NCBI RefSeq assembly: GCF_003918875.1 | Contig: NW_025764891.1 | Coordinates: forward strand, 434,001 to 498,000 | Source of the DNA: Haliotis rubra | Lineage: Eukaryota | Direction: 5' to 3' | DNA length: 64,000 nt | Part shown: positions 23,928 to 37,800 of the stretch, in pieces | How positions within the stretch are numbered: the first letter of the stretch is position 1 | How the letters are laid out: each line of letters begins with the position of its first letter | The notes under the pieces: model-generated | The model's input: only the letters and a program-made list of their open reading frames with translations | Told to the model about the DNA's origin: nothing | Databases searched by the model: none | Position numbers and translations under genes: made by a program

Positions 23928-25881
23928 GCAGCACTGAATAAGATTACGAGATATAGTTAATGTTGTAAAGCGAGATGTTGCTCAACCGTAGCGTAAGGTT
24001 TGTTTTCATTTATTTTGTAAAAATCCCTTTTTTGTTGTTATTTTTATCATTTTTAAGCAATCTTTTACAACTATTTTCTATTAAGTCGACCACATTAAGA
24101 TAGGGTCTCATAATGCTTATTGCAATATTGGTTTCCTGTTAATAGAATCTTCACGGGAACAACTGAAGCGTGTACACTCAGTTTCTGCCCAATATTTTAT
24201 TTCAAATAGCAGTAAATGGAATATATTACGTTTGGTAACACTGTTAAACTCTATCGATATTCATGAGTTTTTAATATGTAATTTCTTTTATGCAATGCAG
24301 TATTTTATTACATTTGAAATTGTGTATTTCACCTATAACTGAATTATTCTCTGCTGCATTTCCTTCAAACTAAATATAAATAAGATTACACATAAAGACA
24401 TATTTGTGAGAAAACACATGTGCTGACTGATACATGTGTGATACAGTGGTTGTTTTCGGTTAAGAGTTGGTTTTTGTTAACAAAAATACTCAAAGAATGT
24501 CAATACTCCCGTGTTCAAACATAATCGATTATTGTCAAAATAGATATCAGAAATTGTGGGGTGTCGAAACACGATATAGCAGATTTTGTAACGTTCAGTT
24601 CAATGTTTTGATCAGGACAGGAAAAAATAATTGACAAAATACATATGAACTGAAGAAGGAATGATCTTTTGGGTTCACGGTTATAACAATCTATTCACAG
24701 CGATCTGTTCGAATTGACCCATTTCAAAGTCGCCTTGATAACCTGCAGGGCGCTGTACGAATCCATTAAAATCGTCACTTAACAATATAGCCAGGTAGTC
24801 ATAGAATTTTACTTTGTAGGACTTAGATGAGTCAAACTTTAATGGGTATGTGCTTTCACGTTGTGTTTAACTTTTTCACCCGTTTAACAGTAACATTATT
24901 CGCGCTCATTACTCACTCCCTATTAATGAGTTATCGCGATTGTAAAGAATGCATATGTATAGTTAATTGCCCAAGTTTGTTACTGTTTACAATCCTACAG
25001 ATCTGAACAAACATACACACACAAAAATTAAGCTCCAATGTGGAAAAACAACATATTTTTCAATCGTATACTATTATAATTTGGACGAAAAGCAGAAACG
25101 AAACTCGATCAGCCAGTGACATGTTTTATCAGTGTTTTTACGACCATTTCAATTGTCGTGTTATATGATTCCTGGGACCATCTGAAAACAATATACGGTG
25201 TAACGTACTAACATGTCTGCGGGTATCAAGGGTACCTCGTGCATTCACAAAACGTAAAAACACACAAAAAAGTACTTACCCGTAAGGACACAGATACAGT
25301 TGAATTTATTTTGGGTTCACCCTAGGATTACAATTGTTTCATTGTTCTCATTGTTTGCGAAGAGGCACATACCTGACGTCATATGAACGCTTGGTCGCAA
25401 ATAATTGCAGATGACGTCATCCATTGTTCATAACGTCATGATGATTCTATTTGACGTCGCTCCAACGAAAGAATAACTATGATGATGTCACCGTTTTTCA
25501 TTCAAAACATCCCCTATTTCTAATTGTCTCAGAAAATGGGTAATATCAAGCATGACCTAGGGCAGTGGAGGAAATACTGTTTTGTTCCTTATGAATGGGT
25601 TCACTCAGGATAGATCATTCGTTATTTCTCAATGCTCTTAGGTTATTTTCTACTAATTCCCATGTCCAAATTTACTTATTCTTGTGTACTGTGACTTATG
25701 ATTACTTTTGACATGTACTTATCATAACTATAATTAATCAGATTTTATATGGCAAAGTGATGACTTAATGAAAGTCAGTAGATTACTGCCTTTATTGTGT
25801 TATTAGAACGTTTTTATAGCCCGTGCAAAGTATATTGAGAAAAATATTTGTATTTACATCTACGTCATAATCTGAAGTATG

Positions 25882-25887
25882 AATAAA
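25882..25887 (+). promoter_or_regulatory. Candidate polyadenylation signal of the SLC6 gene
   Basis: AATAAA followed by U/GU-rich ttttatatttttcatccttgttttgtggtt, ~1.95 kb after the stop codon. Confidence 0.45.
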
Positions 25888-26413
25888 GAATTTTATATTT
25901 TTCATCCTTGTTTTGTGGTTACATTAATTAAACAGCGATAACAGTGTATGCTTGTGTGATCCTTATTAACTTTACCAATGTGCAGTATGAAGGCAAGTTT
26001 TTTTTAAAGACAAAGTTGTCTTTATTATATCATCCGAAATGTTCAGTAAAGATGTCCACACAATGTCCTATTAAACCAATGTCCATACAGCATATGTTTA
26101 TCTGAGCATATAAATACAAAATTGGTCCTTTGGTTAACAACTGATCCTGAATTCCTTAATCTGACTTCACAGCTAAAACATGCTACATAACACATTTTTA
26201 AAGCAAGTCATGTCAAACAAAAAACTAATGTAATCTCTGACATTGAAGGAGTACTTGCTTTGTCAGTGCTTAAAATATGTCTATTAATGATAACAGTGAA
26301 ATGAACAAAACCCGCTGATTTCGTATCTGGGCAATTGAAATCACATTGTGCGCATTTCGGACTCTGTAAAAGATTGAAATGCATATTATGCCCATGCGTT
26401 TGTTCAAGGTGCC

Positions 26414-26551
26414 GGCGTGGTGGGGTAGGTAGCCTAGTGGTTAAAGCGTTGGCTCCTCACGCCGAAGACCCGGGTACGAATCTCCACATGGGTACAATGT
26501 GTGAAGCCCATTTCTGGTGTCCCCCACTGTGATGTTGCTGGAATATTGCTA
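26414..26551 (+). mobile_element. SINE family A (3'-truncated)
   Basis: Family head and body. Confidence 0.75.
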
Positions 26552-28831
26552 GCCGTCCTCCATGTTAAATATGTCTGTGTACAGTGTACAGTAAATTGGT
26601 GAATTCCTTGCAATCATCTCACTTTTTCTAATTCATGAACATACACCTTCCAACTGTAGTAAGTGAAATGTGAGCACTGAGCATAACAGAATTGGAAGGC
26701 TTAGCGACAGCTGCAGTGACATTTTGGTCGTTCATAATATGCTATATTATGTTGAACTTAATGATGTCTAGGATGAAGACCTTATATAACAAACTAAACA
26801 CAAAATTCAGAAATTTGGACATTTATTGCATTGTACATACCAGTAAGAGAACACAGAGCAATTCGTAACACAGTCAGATTGTTGCATTGTACCTGAAACC
26901 ATGTTTGCATATGTTTGTCCCAGGATTAATATAAAAATGGCTCTTTCCGACAATATGTATGAGAATATGAAAACACTTCACGCCAGTGTCCTGATTTGGA
27001 AACCATTTATGATTTGGACAAAAATAAGTACTCATATCCACGGCATACTAAAATTTTGCGGCATATCAGCAGTATATATATATGTACATACATCTTTATT
27101 TATATTTATATATACAATCTGAAATAGTGATCATCTTATGAATGCTGAAAGTGAAAATATCACAAATCACTGAGCATCAGTACCTCTGTTTATTTCTCAA
27201 AAATAGTCATATATTTCTGAAAAACTTTTATCCCTTCTACAAGGAATCAAGTGATCATATAAATAATACAATTTGTGACACCTCCCTTTGGACATAATGC
27301 TGACTTTCTTGGAGTAATTCAAGTGAATATGTGTATTTGTGATAAAAGAAACAAATACTGTTTGTATAAAATAAAACTCATGATCACTCCTATCACAGAT
27401 ATATGTGATTTTGAACATCACAGCAGAACGATCATAGTAAAGTATTCATACACAAAAGAATATGAGATCATATTTTGACAATAACACCATTTCGACAATA
27501 CCATATGCTAATATGACACATTGTACCCAAATATAAAACCCTGTTAAACCCTACAGAAAAAAAAAAAAAACAAATTTCGCTCAAATTGTTGAATTACAAG
27601 TGACATATATGTATTTTGTTATTTTTCATGAAATTCAGCATATTCTTGGAGGTAATTTCAATGATAATAATTATCTTCAGATATATTAATGAGTAATAAG
27701 CTTCATTATTGTATTGGTTTCCCAGGTACTCGCTGAAAGATAACTGGTGATTGCAACAAGTTTTACCTCTCCAGAACAAAACTTCTAACATTTGAGAAGC
27801 ACATTTCCAAATTCTCGAATCCACAAGTATATTAAAAGAGCATACTGTCTGAAATCAACTGCTTGTATTGTCACCATGATTCACCGACTTTACATCTTAA
27901 CAATAAATGAATGACTTCATAATTGAGACAATGATTCATTTGTAAGTTTGATGAAAATTAACAATACTGATATAGACAAACACTGCTTGTATCACTCACT
28001 GATAAATCATAGAACTTGCAACAATGTAACACAATGTATATGGCAACAAATATATGATAACAAGCACAAAGAAACAAACCCGTTTTGTAAGCTCACCACA
28101 TCACACGCCATCAGATCAAACAGTTAAAGTTAAATACACTCACTCACTCAGAAGCAATTACATAACATGGCTCTTTCAAGCTTAAACATCAATCACACTC
28201 AGCATGTCAACAGATAAAAAGATAAACAAAAATATAGCACAACATGATACAATATTTTGATATTGGACGGGTTCATGTTTAGAATATTAAATGAAACTTA
28301 AAATAATGCATATATATAAGCAATGTTTGCTTACACAGATAACAGGTGGTTGCTTCAGGAAACATACTGAATCATAATGGATAGCTTTTATAGATGGTGA
28401 TGTCAGAACATATTGGTATAAGCTGTAGTTGTCAAATATCCAGAGTATCCTTTTTTCCCATCATATTATGAAATTGTAAGGATATTTATTGAATTGACAA
28501 GTTCAATATATGCAATAATTATTTTAAAGTAAAACATGTCTGCACTCATAACATTCTCAGTTCAAATACACTGAACAAATAATGTTATTGATCATGACAA
28601 TTTTATGGTAATATTTTTGTGTAATTGTGTCCTAAGTCTTCACAATAAAAAAATATCAACTAAAATATTCATGATCCCCAACATTTTTTGCTCGGTAATT
28701 TTCAGATATAAAGCTTTTCCTTTCTACAGAAAATGAGACAGTTGCAGTTTGGTATATAGATAGTGACAGTTGTGTTTGGGTGATATTGCAGATATTCCCC
28801 CTACAGAGACCGTTGGATATGATGTGACAGA

Positions 28832-31800
28832 TCAGTCAATGAAGAGTGAGTCGAAGGGGTCATCTTTGTTGTAGTGTAGAGAGGGAGGCGTAGGTTGTGG
28901 GGTGTCCACCAGATTGTATGTTCGTAACATCTGGTACTCACTGGGGCCACCGCGATCGATCCTTACTGGTTTTAGCTTCTCATGCCGCAATCTAAACAGA
29001 TTGGTAAGAATCTAAGGTTATAAAATGCAATAAGCTCACCACGTCAGGAGGTGGGGGAGAGGGAGTCAGTCGAGGCTGAAACACATCTCAGGTGCAATAA
29101 ATGGTACCTTAAAGTCATTGAAAGTTGTACATTACAGTAAATTTATTACAGTATTCCACTGTATCATGGGTGCATGTAAGCAATACAATCTGGTCCAGAC
29201 AAACTAACTCATCCCAACATCAGACACATCACAGAGCTTGATCCCATAATTCTAGGGTATACTATTCAAAAGAAGCTTAGGACTACACCATTCTTTCATT
29301 TCATGTAGGGCTGCAACGATGTATCAAACTATCGATGGATTGCAATTGTTGAGTCTCTGATAACAATTTATCGATGGTAGAAATGAAACACTATCTATGC
29401 ATCGATAGTATGTGTGACTATCAATGGTTTAGTAATTGACTTTCGTTGATCAATGCGCAGCAAAAATACAGGAAGTACCAGATTCGTTCACTTTGAGACT
29501 TGCAGCTTCATTAAGTTTATGTTTTAACTGTTTACTTGATTTGGGTTACTTGTCAGTTATTAAAAGAGACTGAAACTACTTTATTTCATATAAACTATAC
29601 ATTCATTTGGGAAATGACTTCAAATGAGACAATTCAAGGAAAAATAAACTATTGCAATAGTATTGCAATAGTTGGTCACAATAGACTATCGCTATCGCAA
29701 TAGTATGTTGCAATAGACTATGTTGCAATAGACTATCGCAATAGTATGTTGCAATAGACTATCGATCGCTATCGCAGTAGTTGTTTCCCCCTCAATAGTC
29801 ACCCCTAATTTCATGATAGTTAATCATAGTTCAATTTACACAATTTTATTCAAAGACACACTCCAAACTTTCAGCAATAACACAGCATTCTGACCATAAT
29901 CAAGTCTTTATTGCATCAGCGGTTGCCTCACCTTTTGCCTTTGCCCTTTTCAAACGGCTTTTCCTTCAGTTGCTCTGCGATTGTCTTGTCATCTACGTAG
30001 AATGTGGACTTGCCAAACACTGGAGGAGGTGGAGAGGGAGTCCGTCTAGGCTGAAACACATAACAGTACATATATTCCTGGAGGTAGGTGATGTTTTACT
30101 CCACAGGGGTGGAAATAACTTTAAAATTGCTTGTGTACTCCGGAACACTGGCACATGTAAAATCACTTGCCCTGATAATTTTCCACTACACCGGCCGTTT
30201 TCTTGTTGATTTTTTAAAATAAACAACATAAATAACATTGGAAAGTCAACTGGACACCGGTACAGTGTGATATACAAATTTGCTTGCCCGACAGAAAAAA
30301 ACACTGGACTCGGACGTCGGGCAATGGGTTATTTCCACCCCTGCTCCATACTCAGTAATACATAATATAATTGTATAAAGGACACCGTCATGTCATGTAA
30401 TGAGTGAGTGAGTTTAGTTTTACGCCACACCAATGACATGTGTCAACCAAGTCAGCGAGCCTGACCACCCGATCTCGTTAGTCGCCTCTTACGACAAGCA
30501 TGGGTTACTGAAGGTTCATTCCAACCCGGACCTTCACGAGTCATGTAATGAGTGAGCAAGTGAGTCAGACTTTAAAGTTACATCGGCAGTGTTTCAGCCA
30601 CAGTATGACTATAAAAGGTTGTGCATGGAAAATATGTGTTCTGACACAGGAAGTGCTGTATTTAGTTATAAATGACCGTATTTTAAAGAAGGTGCATGAG
30701 CCAACCTGTGAGCTGGGCTCATGTCACAAGGTATCACGGCGTACATTGAGTCAGGAACCAGACCAGAAGCGAGGTGTTGGACCGTCACTTACATCACTTC
30801 CTAAGGAGAGTTATGTCGCTCTTTGGTAGAAAAAGATAGCCCATTGAAAGACATATGTCTTTGGTGTGACGAGCAAACACTTTACCCCCACCAACCTGTA
30901 CTGCTTCAGTAGCTTACCTTCTCATCATCAGATCCATGTGTTGAGTCTTCGTGTATGATCTGGTGGGTGGTCTGTTTCTCTCCCAGTAGTGGATGGGAAG
31001 GCAGACTCATCGGGTCAATCAGAACATCGTATGGAACCATCGGGTGTTGGTAGGTTGCAGGGTTGTACAAGTCCCACGGCTCGGGCTGGCCGAAAGTTCC
31101 TAAACACAACATTGTGGTACTACAGATGTTTGTAAGCTGATGATGATGATGAAGTTTTTACTTACTTCTCAAACTGCCCATTGAAAACAATCACAATAAC
31201 ACAATCACACTGCTCACACTGTAAATTTAAAATAATCACAATTTGCACATTGTCATTTAAGGGTGTAACGATGCATCGAACTATCGATTGATCGCGATTG
31301 TGAGCCCCCCGATAGTACTTTATCGATAGGTGTATGAAATGACGATCCAATGCATCGATACTATCGCTTTAATTTGTTTTATAAATAACGGTAACTTGAA
31401 AACGTGTTCTGTCCTACAGTCCAAACCCTGATTGGGATTAATCTCTATTTGCTATAAGCGACAGAATTTAGCAGTGATATAAGGGGGATGTAGAGTTACC
31501 CCCCTTACCAAAATGGCAGCTCAAGCAGACAGCGGGGATTTTGTGAATTTTGAAATCGTAAACAAATACGTCAGTTAAGTCTGCTGTATGGGAACACTTT
31601 GGTTTTGTAAAAACAGATAAATTGGACAAGAAGCGAGTTGCATGTCGGAAGTGTAAGCTGATATTGAAGTATTGTGGAAATACAACCAATTTGACTGATC
31701 ATGTGCGTCGGAGGCACAGTCTTGATGCGCTTGCCCCAACCAAGGATAGGCCTAAGAGACAAACAACCCTGATAGTGCTAAATGACAACACTACTCTACT

Positions 31801-34800
31801 TTCGTTGTCAAAACGAGCAAGAGACATTTCGGCAGCCATTCTTGAATATATTGTGAAAGATTTGCGGCCATTCAGTGTTGTCCAAAATTATGGGATTAGG
31901 AACATGTTGAGAGTTTTGGAACCACGTTACACAATCCCCTTGCAACGGTATTTCCCGGATTCTGCCTTGCCCATGTTGTATGAGACTGTTCAAACTAAGG
32001 TCAGGAATGACATTTCCTGTGCTGAGGATGTTTCACTCACAACTGATGGATGGACTAGCAGACTCTTAAATCTGCACATGTGGACAGACTCTTGTTTCTA
32101 AACAAGAATTGGAAAGTTGGAACCCAAAATAATAAATGAACTATTATCTGCCTTCATACTATTTGAGTAATTTATAAAATCAGAGTTAATGTGAAATATT
32201 GCCATTTGCCAATTATGTTAACCCATCTTTCAACTTGAGTCACCAAGTTATCTGCTGACACATTTACCCAGTATTTATGAGATTTCTTGATACTTTCATA
32301 GTGACAAAAGATTATAGCCTTCTTTAAATCTGTTGACTGTTCAGTGCACTGGATATATTTTGTCATCTTCATGGTGTTAAAACTAAAACATATCTACCTG
32401 TGAACTGTTTAATTTTCAACCTTTACACACAGTAAGTGTTTTCTATTGAAACTGAAAGGTGACCATTTGTCAAAATGTGACAGAGCCACAGAGCCAGTAT
32501 TTATTCTTTATTTTGTATGTTATTTTACATACAAAGTTGTAGGGATCAAAGAGTCTGCAAACCACAGCTTTGTAATAAATAGTATTAAATCCTGTGTGAA
32601 TGTGTTGGCTTGTTGTGGAATGTTTTAATACTAAGACATGTTCATGAAGAAGTCATCATGACAACTTGACCAATACTGACCTGGAAGTTGTAAGGAATAA
32701 ACACCTGAACACATTTTATGGTTTAAGTAGTTTAATGTAAAAGAAGCTGGTAGAAAATGGCAATTTATCTGAAATTTGAATTTTGTCTGAACTATCGCAA
32801 TAGTTATCGCAATAGTAGCTTGCAATAGACTATTGACATCCGATAGTAGCATGCAATAGTCTATCGATATCGCACTAGTTCCTTAGACCTCAATAGTCAC
32901 CCCTATTGTCATTTAAATAACAGCACGTCATACATTGGCCAATCAAAATAATTCACACATTGCCCATTGGAAACAGTCACAATAAACACACTGACAATAA
33001 AATCAATCATACTAAACATACTTCCAAATTAAATCAATCACAGTAGACACACTGACAATGAAAATCAATTAAAAAAAACCCATTGTCCATTAAACCCATT
33101 CATACTTCATAAAAATAAGATTCCACCAGTGGGTAAGGTGGAGGGAAGCTGGAATGATGTGACACCAGGGATACTGACCAACATAATGCCCATCTGTGGT
33201 CCACATCCGCACAGTGCAGTCCATTGATGTAGACAGCAGGATCTTCCGTTCTTCCATCAGGTCAAAGTCGGTGATACTCTCTACATGGCCTCGCCAAGTC
33301 TTAAACACTGCAATTCAAAAACGTGAATGTGGAAAACTCAAAATTAATATATTTTATTGGTAATAAATAAATGTGAATATTGTCAACAATACAACACTCA
33401 ATCATTAATAATAATAATAATAATTGCATTTATATAGCGCATCATTCACTAATAAATGCTCTGTGCGCTTAAGATGGAAATTGACACTTGAAAAGAAATG
33501 TTTTGAGGCCAGTCTTAAAAGATGTTAGTGACTCGCTGGTTTTGAGTTCAAGCGGTAGCGCGTTCCACTTCATTGCTGCATTGAAAGCGAACGACCTTTT
33601 GCCAAAGTTGGTTTTGATGTTAGGCACTGTCACTAGCATTTGGTTTTGTGATCTCAGTGAGCGTGAGGGCTGATACAGGGGCAGTAACTCTGCGAGGTAG
33701 TCAGGGGCCATTCCGTTGAGACACTTGTACGTCATTACAATAGTTTTGTAGTCAATTCTTCCGGTGATTGGTAGCCGGTGATTGGTAGCCAGTGTAAATC
33801 ATTCACTCATTCAATCAATCATTCACTCACTTTGAAGAATATAATACTCATTAATACATCATTTGATATTTACTGATTAGATTTACCATTAAAACACTCC
33901 AAAGTTATTTGTGTTGGTATTTCTGAAAATGCAAGCAACGTGCCTACCAAATTTCATCAATGGTATTCAATAATATTCCAAATGAAGCAATCCTACTCAT
34001 CTACAGATCATGATTTCATTAATACAAAACAAATATGAGTAATTACAACCACATTTCAATTGTCCACTCACACTCTGGGGGTGAATCTGCAGGTGTGTCA
34101 TGGCAGTAGTTGTCGATGTCCCATGCATAGATGAAGCCCATGCTGTCACCAGTGAACAGCAAGGTGTTGGCCTTGTTGGTGATCATTGTACTGACCATGG
34201 CTCCCTTCACACTGGACTGTGTAATATATAGAAGGGTTTCATACAGAATAAACACATGCAAAGTGTCAATCATGCCTCATTGAAATTTCAATTATGTTTC
34301 ATCCATAATCTGTGCCACATAAAAGGTTTCTTATTTTCTTAAACATTTTTGTCATACTTGAAACTTACTTCATACTGGAAATTTGGCTACATAACAAACA
34401 TGTAGGCATATTGTTGTCTATGAGAACATAAAACCTGCACATATCAACCCCCTTGATCCTCCAATTTCTCATACACCCATGTAAACTTAGGATATTAATA
34501 CTGGGGTGCAATACGGGTGACATGGTCAAATTCTGTATTGCACCCCAGATTCCGTATTGAACCCCTGCTGGTTCTACTTATTAAGTAACAGATTAATGCA
34601 AGATAAGAGGGTATATAATAAATATAGCACGTCATACTAGTGCATTTGGATGTTTTGTATTGACCTAGATGAGTCATGGGAGCAGAGAAACAAAGAGTTC
34701 AAAGAACGAGTTGTTCCTCTGCTCCCATGACATCTTCTCGTTCAATACAAACATCCAAATGCACTAGTATGACATTCTATATATGTATGTGACTCTTACC

Positions 34801-37800
34801 CCATGGAACCATGTGTCCACCCATCCCCAGCATCCACCCCTCTAAGGACACTTTCTCCAGGAAACTATTACATGTGTCCATCCCACTTGCCAGATCCCCT
34901 CCCTCTATCATCCCAGCCATCTACAAATGAGAGTGACACCTACCCCAGGAAACTGTGCCATGAGTTTGCCTCCCTGGAAGACGTTCCAGATGTGGATGTG
35001 GGCACGAGGTCCACTGGACACTAGCGACCCTGCATCTTTCTTGTAGGCTCTGGTCTGCAGGAACACCAGCTTGTTGATGCTCAAGTCTCCATCCACTAAA
35101 AGCAATCAAACTACAGAGTGTAAGTGAAAGTTGCTTTAACACCAGTGAACAGCATTGAAATGACATCACTAGACCTGAAAGGTTGTACCAGGCAAAACCA
35201 GTCACAGATAGCATGGACAAAAAGGCCAAGATGGCTTGTAATCAGAAGACAAAGCGTTTGCCACCATGATGGTGCATCAAATGTAAAGTTTTCTTGAACA
35301 CATTGATGGGAAGTGAAGATGCATTATCATGGAAATCTGAAATCGGATTGGCTGAAGAATCCACACATCCTGGAGGACTTGATGATCAAAATTAGCTCAG
35401 GGTTTTCTTGACATGATTTCCTATGGACAAGATCAGATTTTAATGCTTTTTGTTTGTTGTTTAATGTCACACTTAGCCATATTCCAGCTATATGTCAGTG
35501 GTCTGTAAATAATCAAGTCTGGACCAGACTATCCAATGATCAATGTTATGCTGTACAGCATGAGCATCTGTGCCCTTGGGATACAATGACATGTTTCAAC
35601 CAAATCAGCAAGCTTGACTACCTGATCCCATTAGTCGCCACTTATGACAAGTATGGGTTGGTGAAGACCAATTCTCACCAGGATCTCCACAGGTTTAGAT
35701 CTTCATGAGACTGAACTAAATAACTGGTTCAAGAGTAAAATGATGTTATTTAAGTCTCTAAGTTTTTTCATTGACTGGATTTTAGGTTAATAAATATAAC
35801 ATTATCTTATTGGCATTAGAATGTACATATGGCACCTAAAATATTATGGGTGGGTGGTGGGGCTGGAGAGGTATCAAAAATATACACCAGTTCAAATTGA
35901 TTTCATAGACTTGATGCGGATAAACTTAATTCAAATGATGATGAAACAAAAACACTGGCTTCAATATGTAAACATCAGAGTGTGACACAAACCCTGTCCA
36001 TATTCGTATTTGCAGTTTTTTCAATATGTAAGCTCCATCTAATCCAGAAATGCATCCACAGCATCACGTTGGTTTGTCAATGTGAGTTTCTTATGTATGG
36101 GACAGTTTGACAAGTAATATTATGGAATCAACCAATGAGTAATCACTACAAGGGCAACATCCTGTGATTATCAGTGTTATCATGCCAGTGGTAAAGTGTT
36201 TTCTTTGGGAAAAAGTGAGTGAGTGAGTGAGTATGGTTTTACGCCGCTTTTAGCAATATTCCAGCAATATTCCAGCAGGGGACACCAGAAATGGGCTTCA
36301 CACATTGTACCCATGTGGGGAATCAAACCCAGGTCTTCGGCGTGACGAGCAAACGCTTTAACCACTGAGCTACCCTACCGCCCCTTTGGGGAAAAGGATG
36401 CAATACTTGTGTGAATACTATTAAGCCATTTCTTCACAACAAATGTTCTATTGTATGACACACAATAAAATACAGACTGTATGCAATAACATTTTGACTC
36501 AGTAAGCAGTGCCTAAAAAGTTTGATTGTATTTTGATCTAAAAGTAGGTCAAGGGGCATATATTTGCACTTACACAGTAAATACAGCATGGAAAAGTAAA
36601 CTCAGTTCTAATTTATTGATGAATTTGATGTGTACATACATGACTGGTCCTGGTAATGAGGAGGAGATGGAGGAATGAGGTGACAGAAGATGTGTCCAGA
36701 CACCATGTTCCACACGATCACCTCTCCGTCATAGCTGGCCGTCGCCAGTAGGTTCGGGGGACACTGGGCCACGGTCAGGATGTCCTCCTTGTGACCATTT
36801 TTCTGGGGAGGACATTTCACATTTATATTACACTCGATGTACCTAATTTTAAAAGGGAGCTAAGCTCAGATCCAGGATCCTGGATTTTGAAAAGGGGTCA
36901 TGAAGTGAACACAACCAAATGAGCTTACATGTTGAATGTCCAAAAAAAAAGTATTCATACTTTGTACCCTGCCTCTGGAGTCTAACATTAAAGAGCTAGG
37001 ATTCCCAGCTAAGTTGTATTGGTAGGAAAATCAGGAAAATTTATATTTTTTGTTAAAAGTTTTTTGTCTTAAATTCTGAGGCATGTAAACATTTAACATT
37101 AAAGTCAAAGAAATAATCTTACCCCATGGAACCATGTGTCCACCCATCCCCAGCATCCACAAAAATAACGAACATTTAGAGCTTCTTCCTTTATACTAGT
37201 CCTTTTATCAGTGAAACACACATCACCGTAATATTAGCTTGAAATATGATAGCATGAACTGGGAAATGTTGAACTGGGAAATGTTAATGTTAACCAATTT
37301 TGTCATTTGCTGTTGAGTTGGGATGGAATATCAGCCCCTAATCAGGTCTCAATACATCTTAGGCAGTGGTGATTATATATGTTGTACAATGCTGCAGTCA
37401 GCAATCTGACATTGGCTACATACCAGGTCATCATTCCAGTATTCGAGAGGGTGCTGTACGTGGTGGATGTTGCTGTCGGACAAAGAGTCGTAGTAGATGT
37501 TGATTCGGCGGTCCCAGCCAACAGAAACTACATATCTGGAATGGGAGTATTACATCACTGTTATGGTGGAAAGGAAGTCAAAAAGGTTGAGCAACTTTGA
37601 GAATCCTCTAATCAACCTACACATCATCATGTAGACAAAAGTGGACATGTTTGGTGTCCTGAAAAACACATAGCTTTATGAAAATACCACTAAATATTCA
37701 AAATCAACTAGCTATAGTTGCATCAGTTCAAGAGTAAGACCCAGTGAGAGTTAGATTCTGTGTTATTATATACAAGTGGGAAGGGTTTTAACACTTTATA

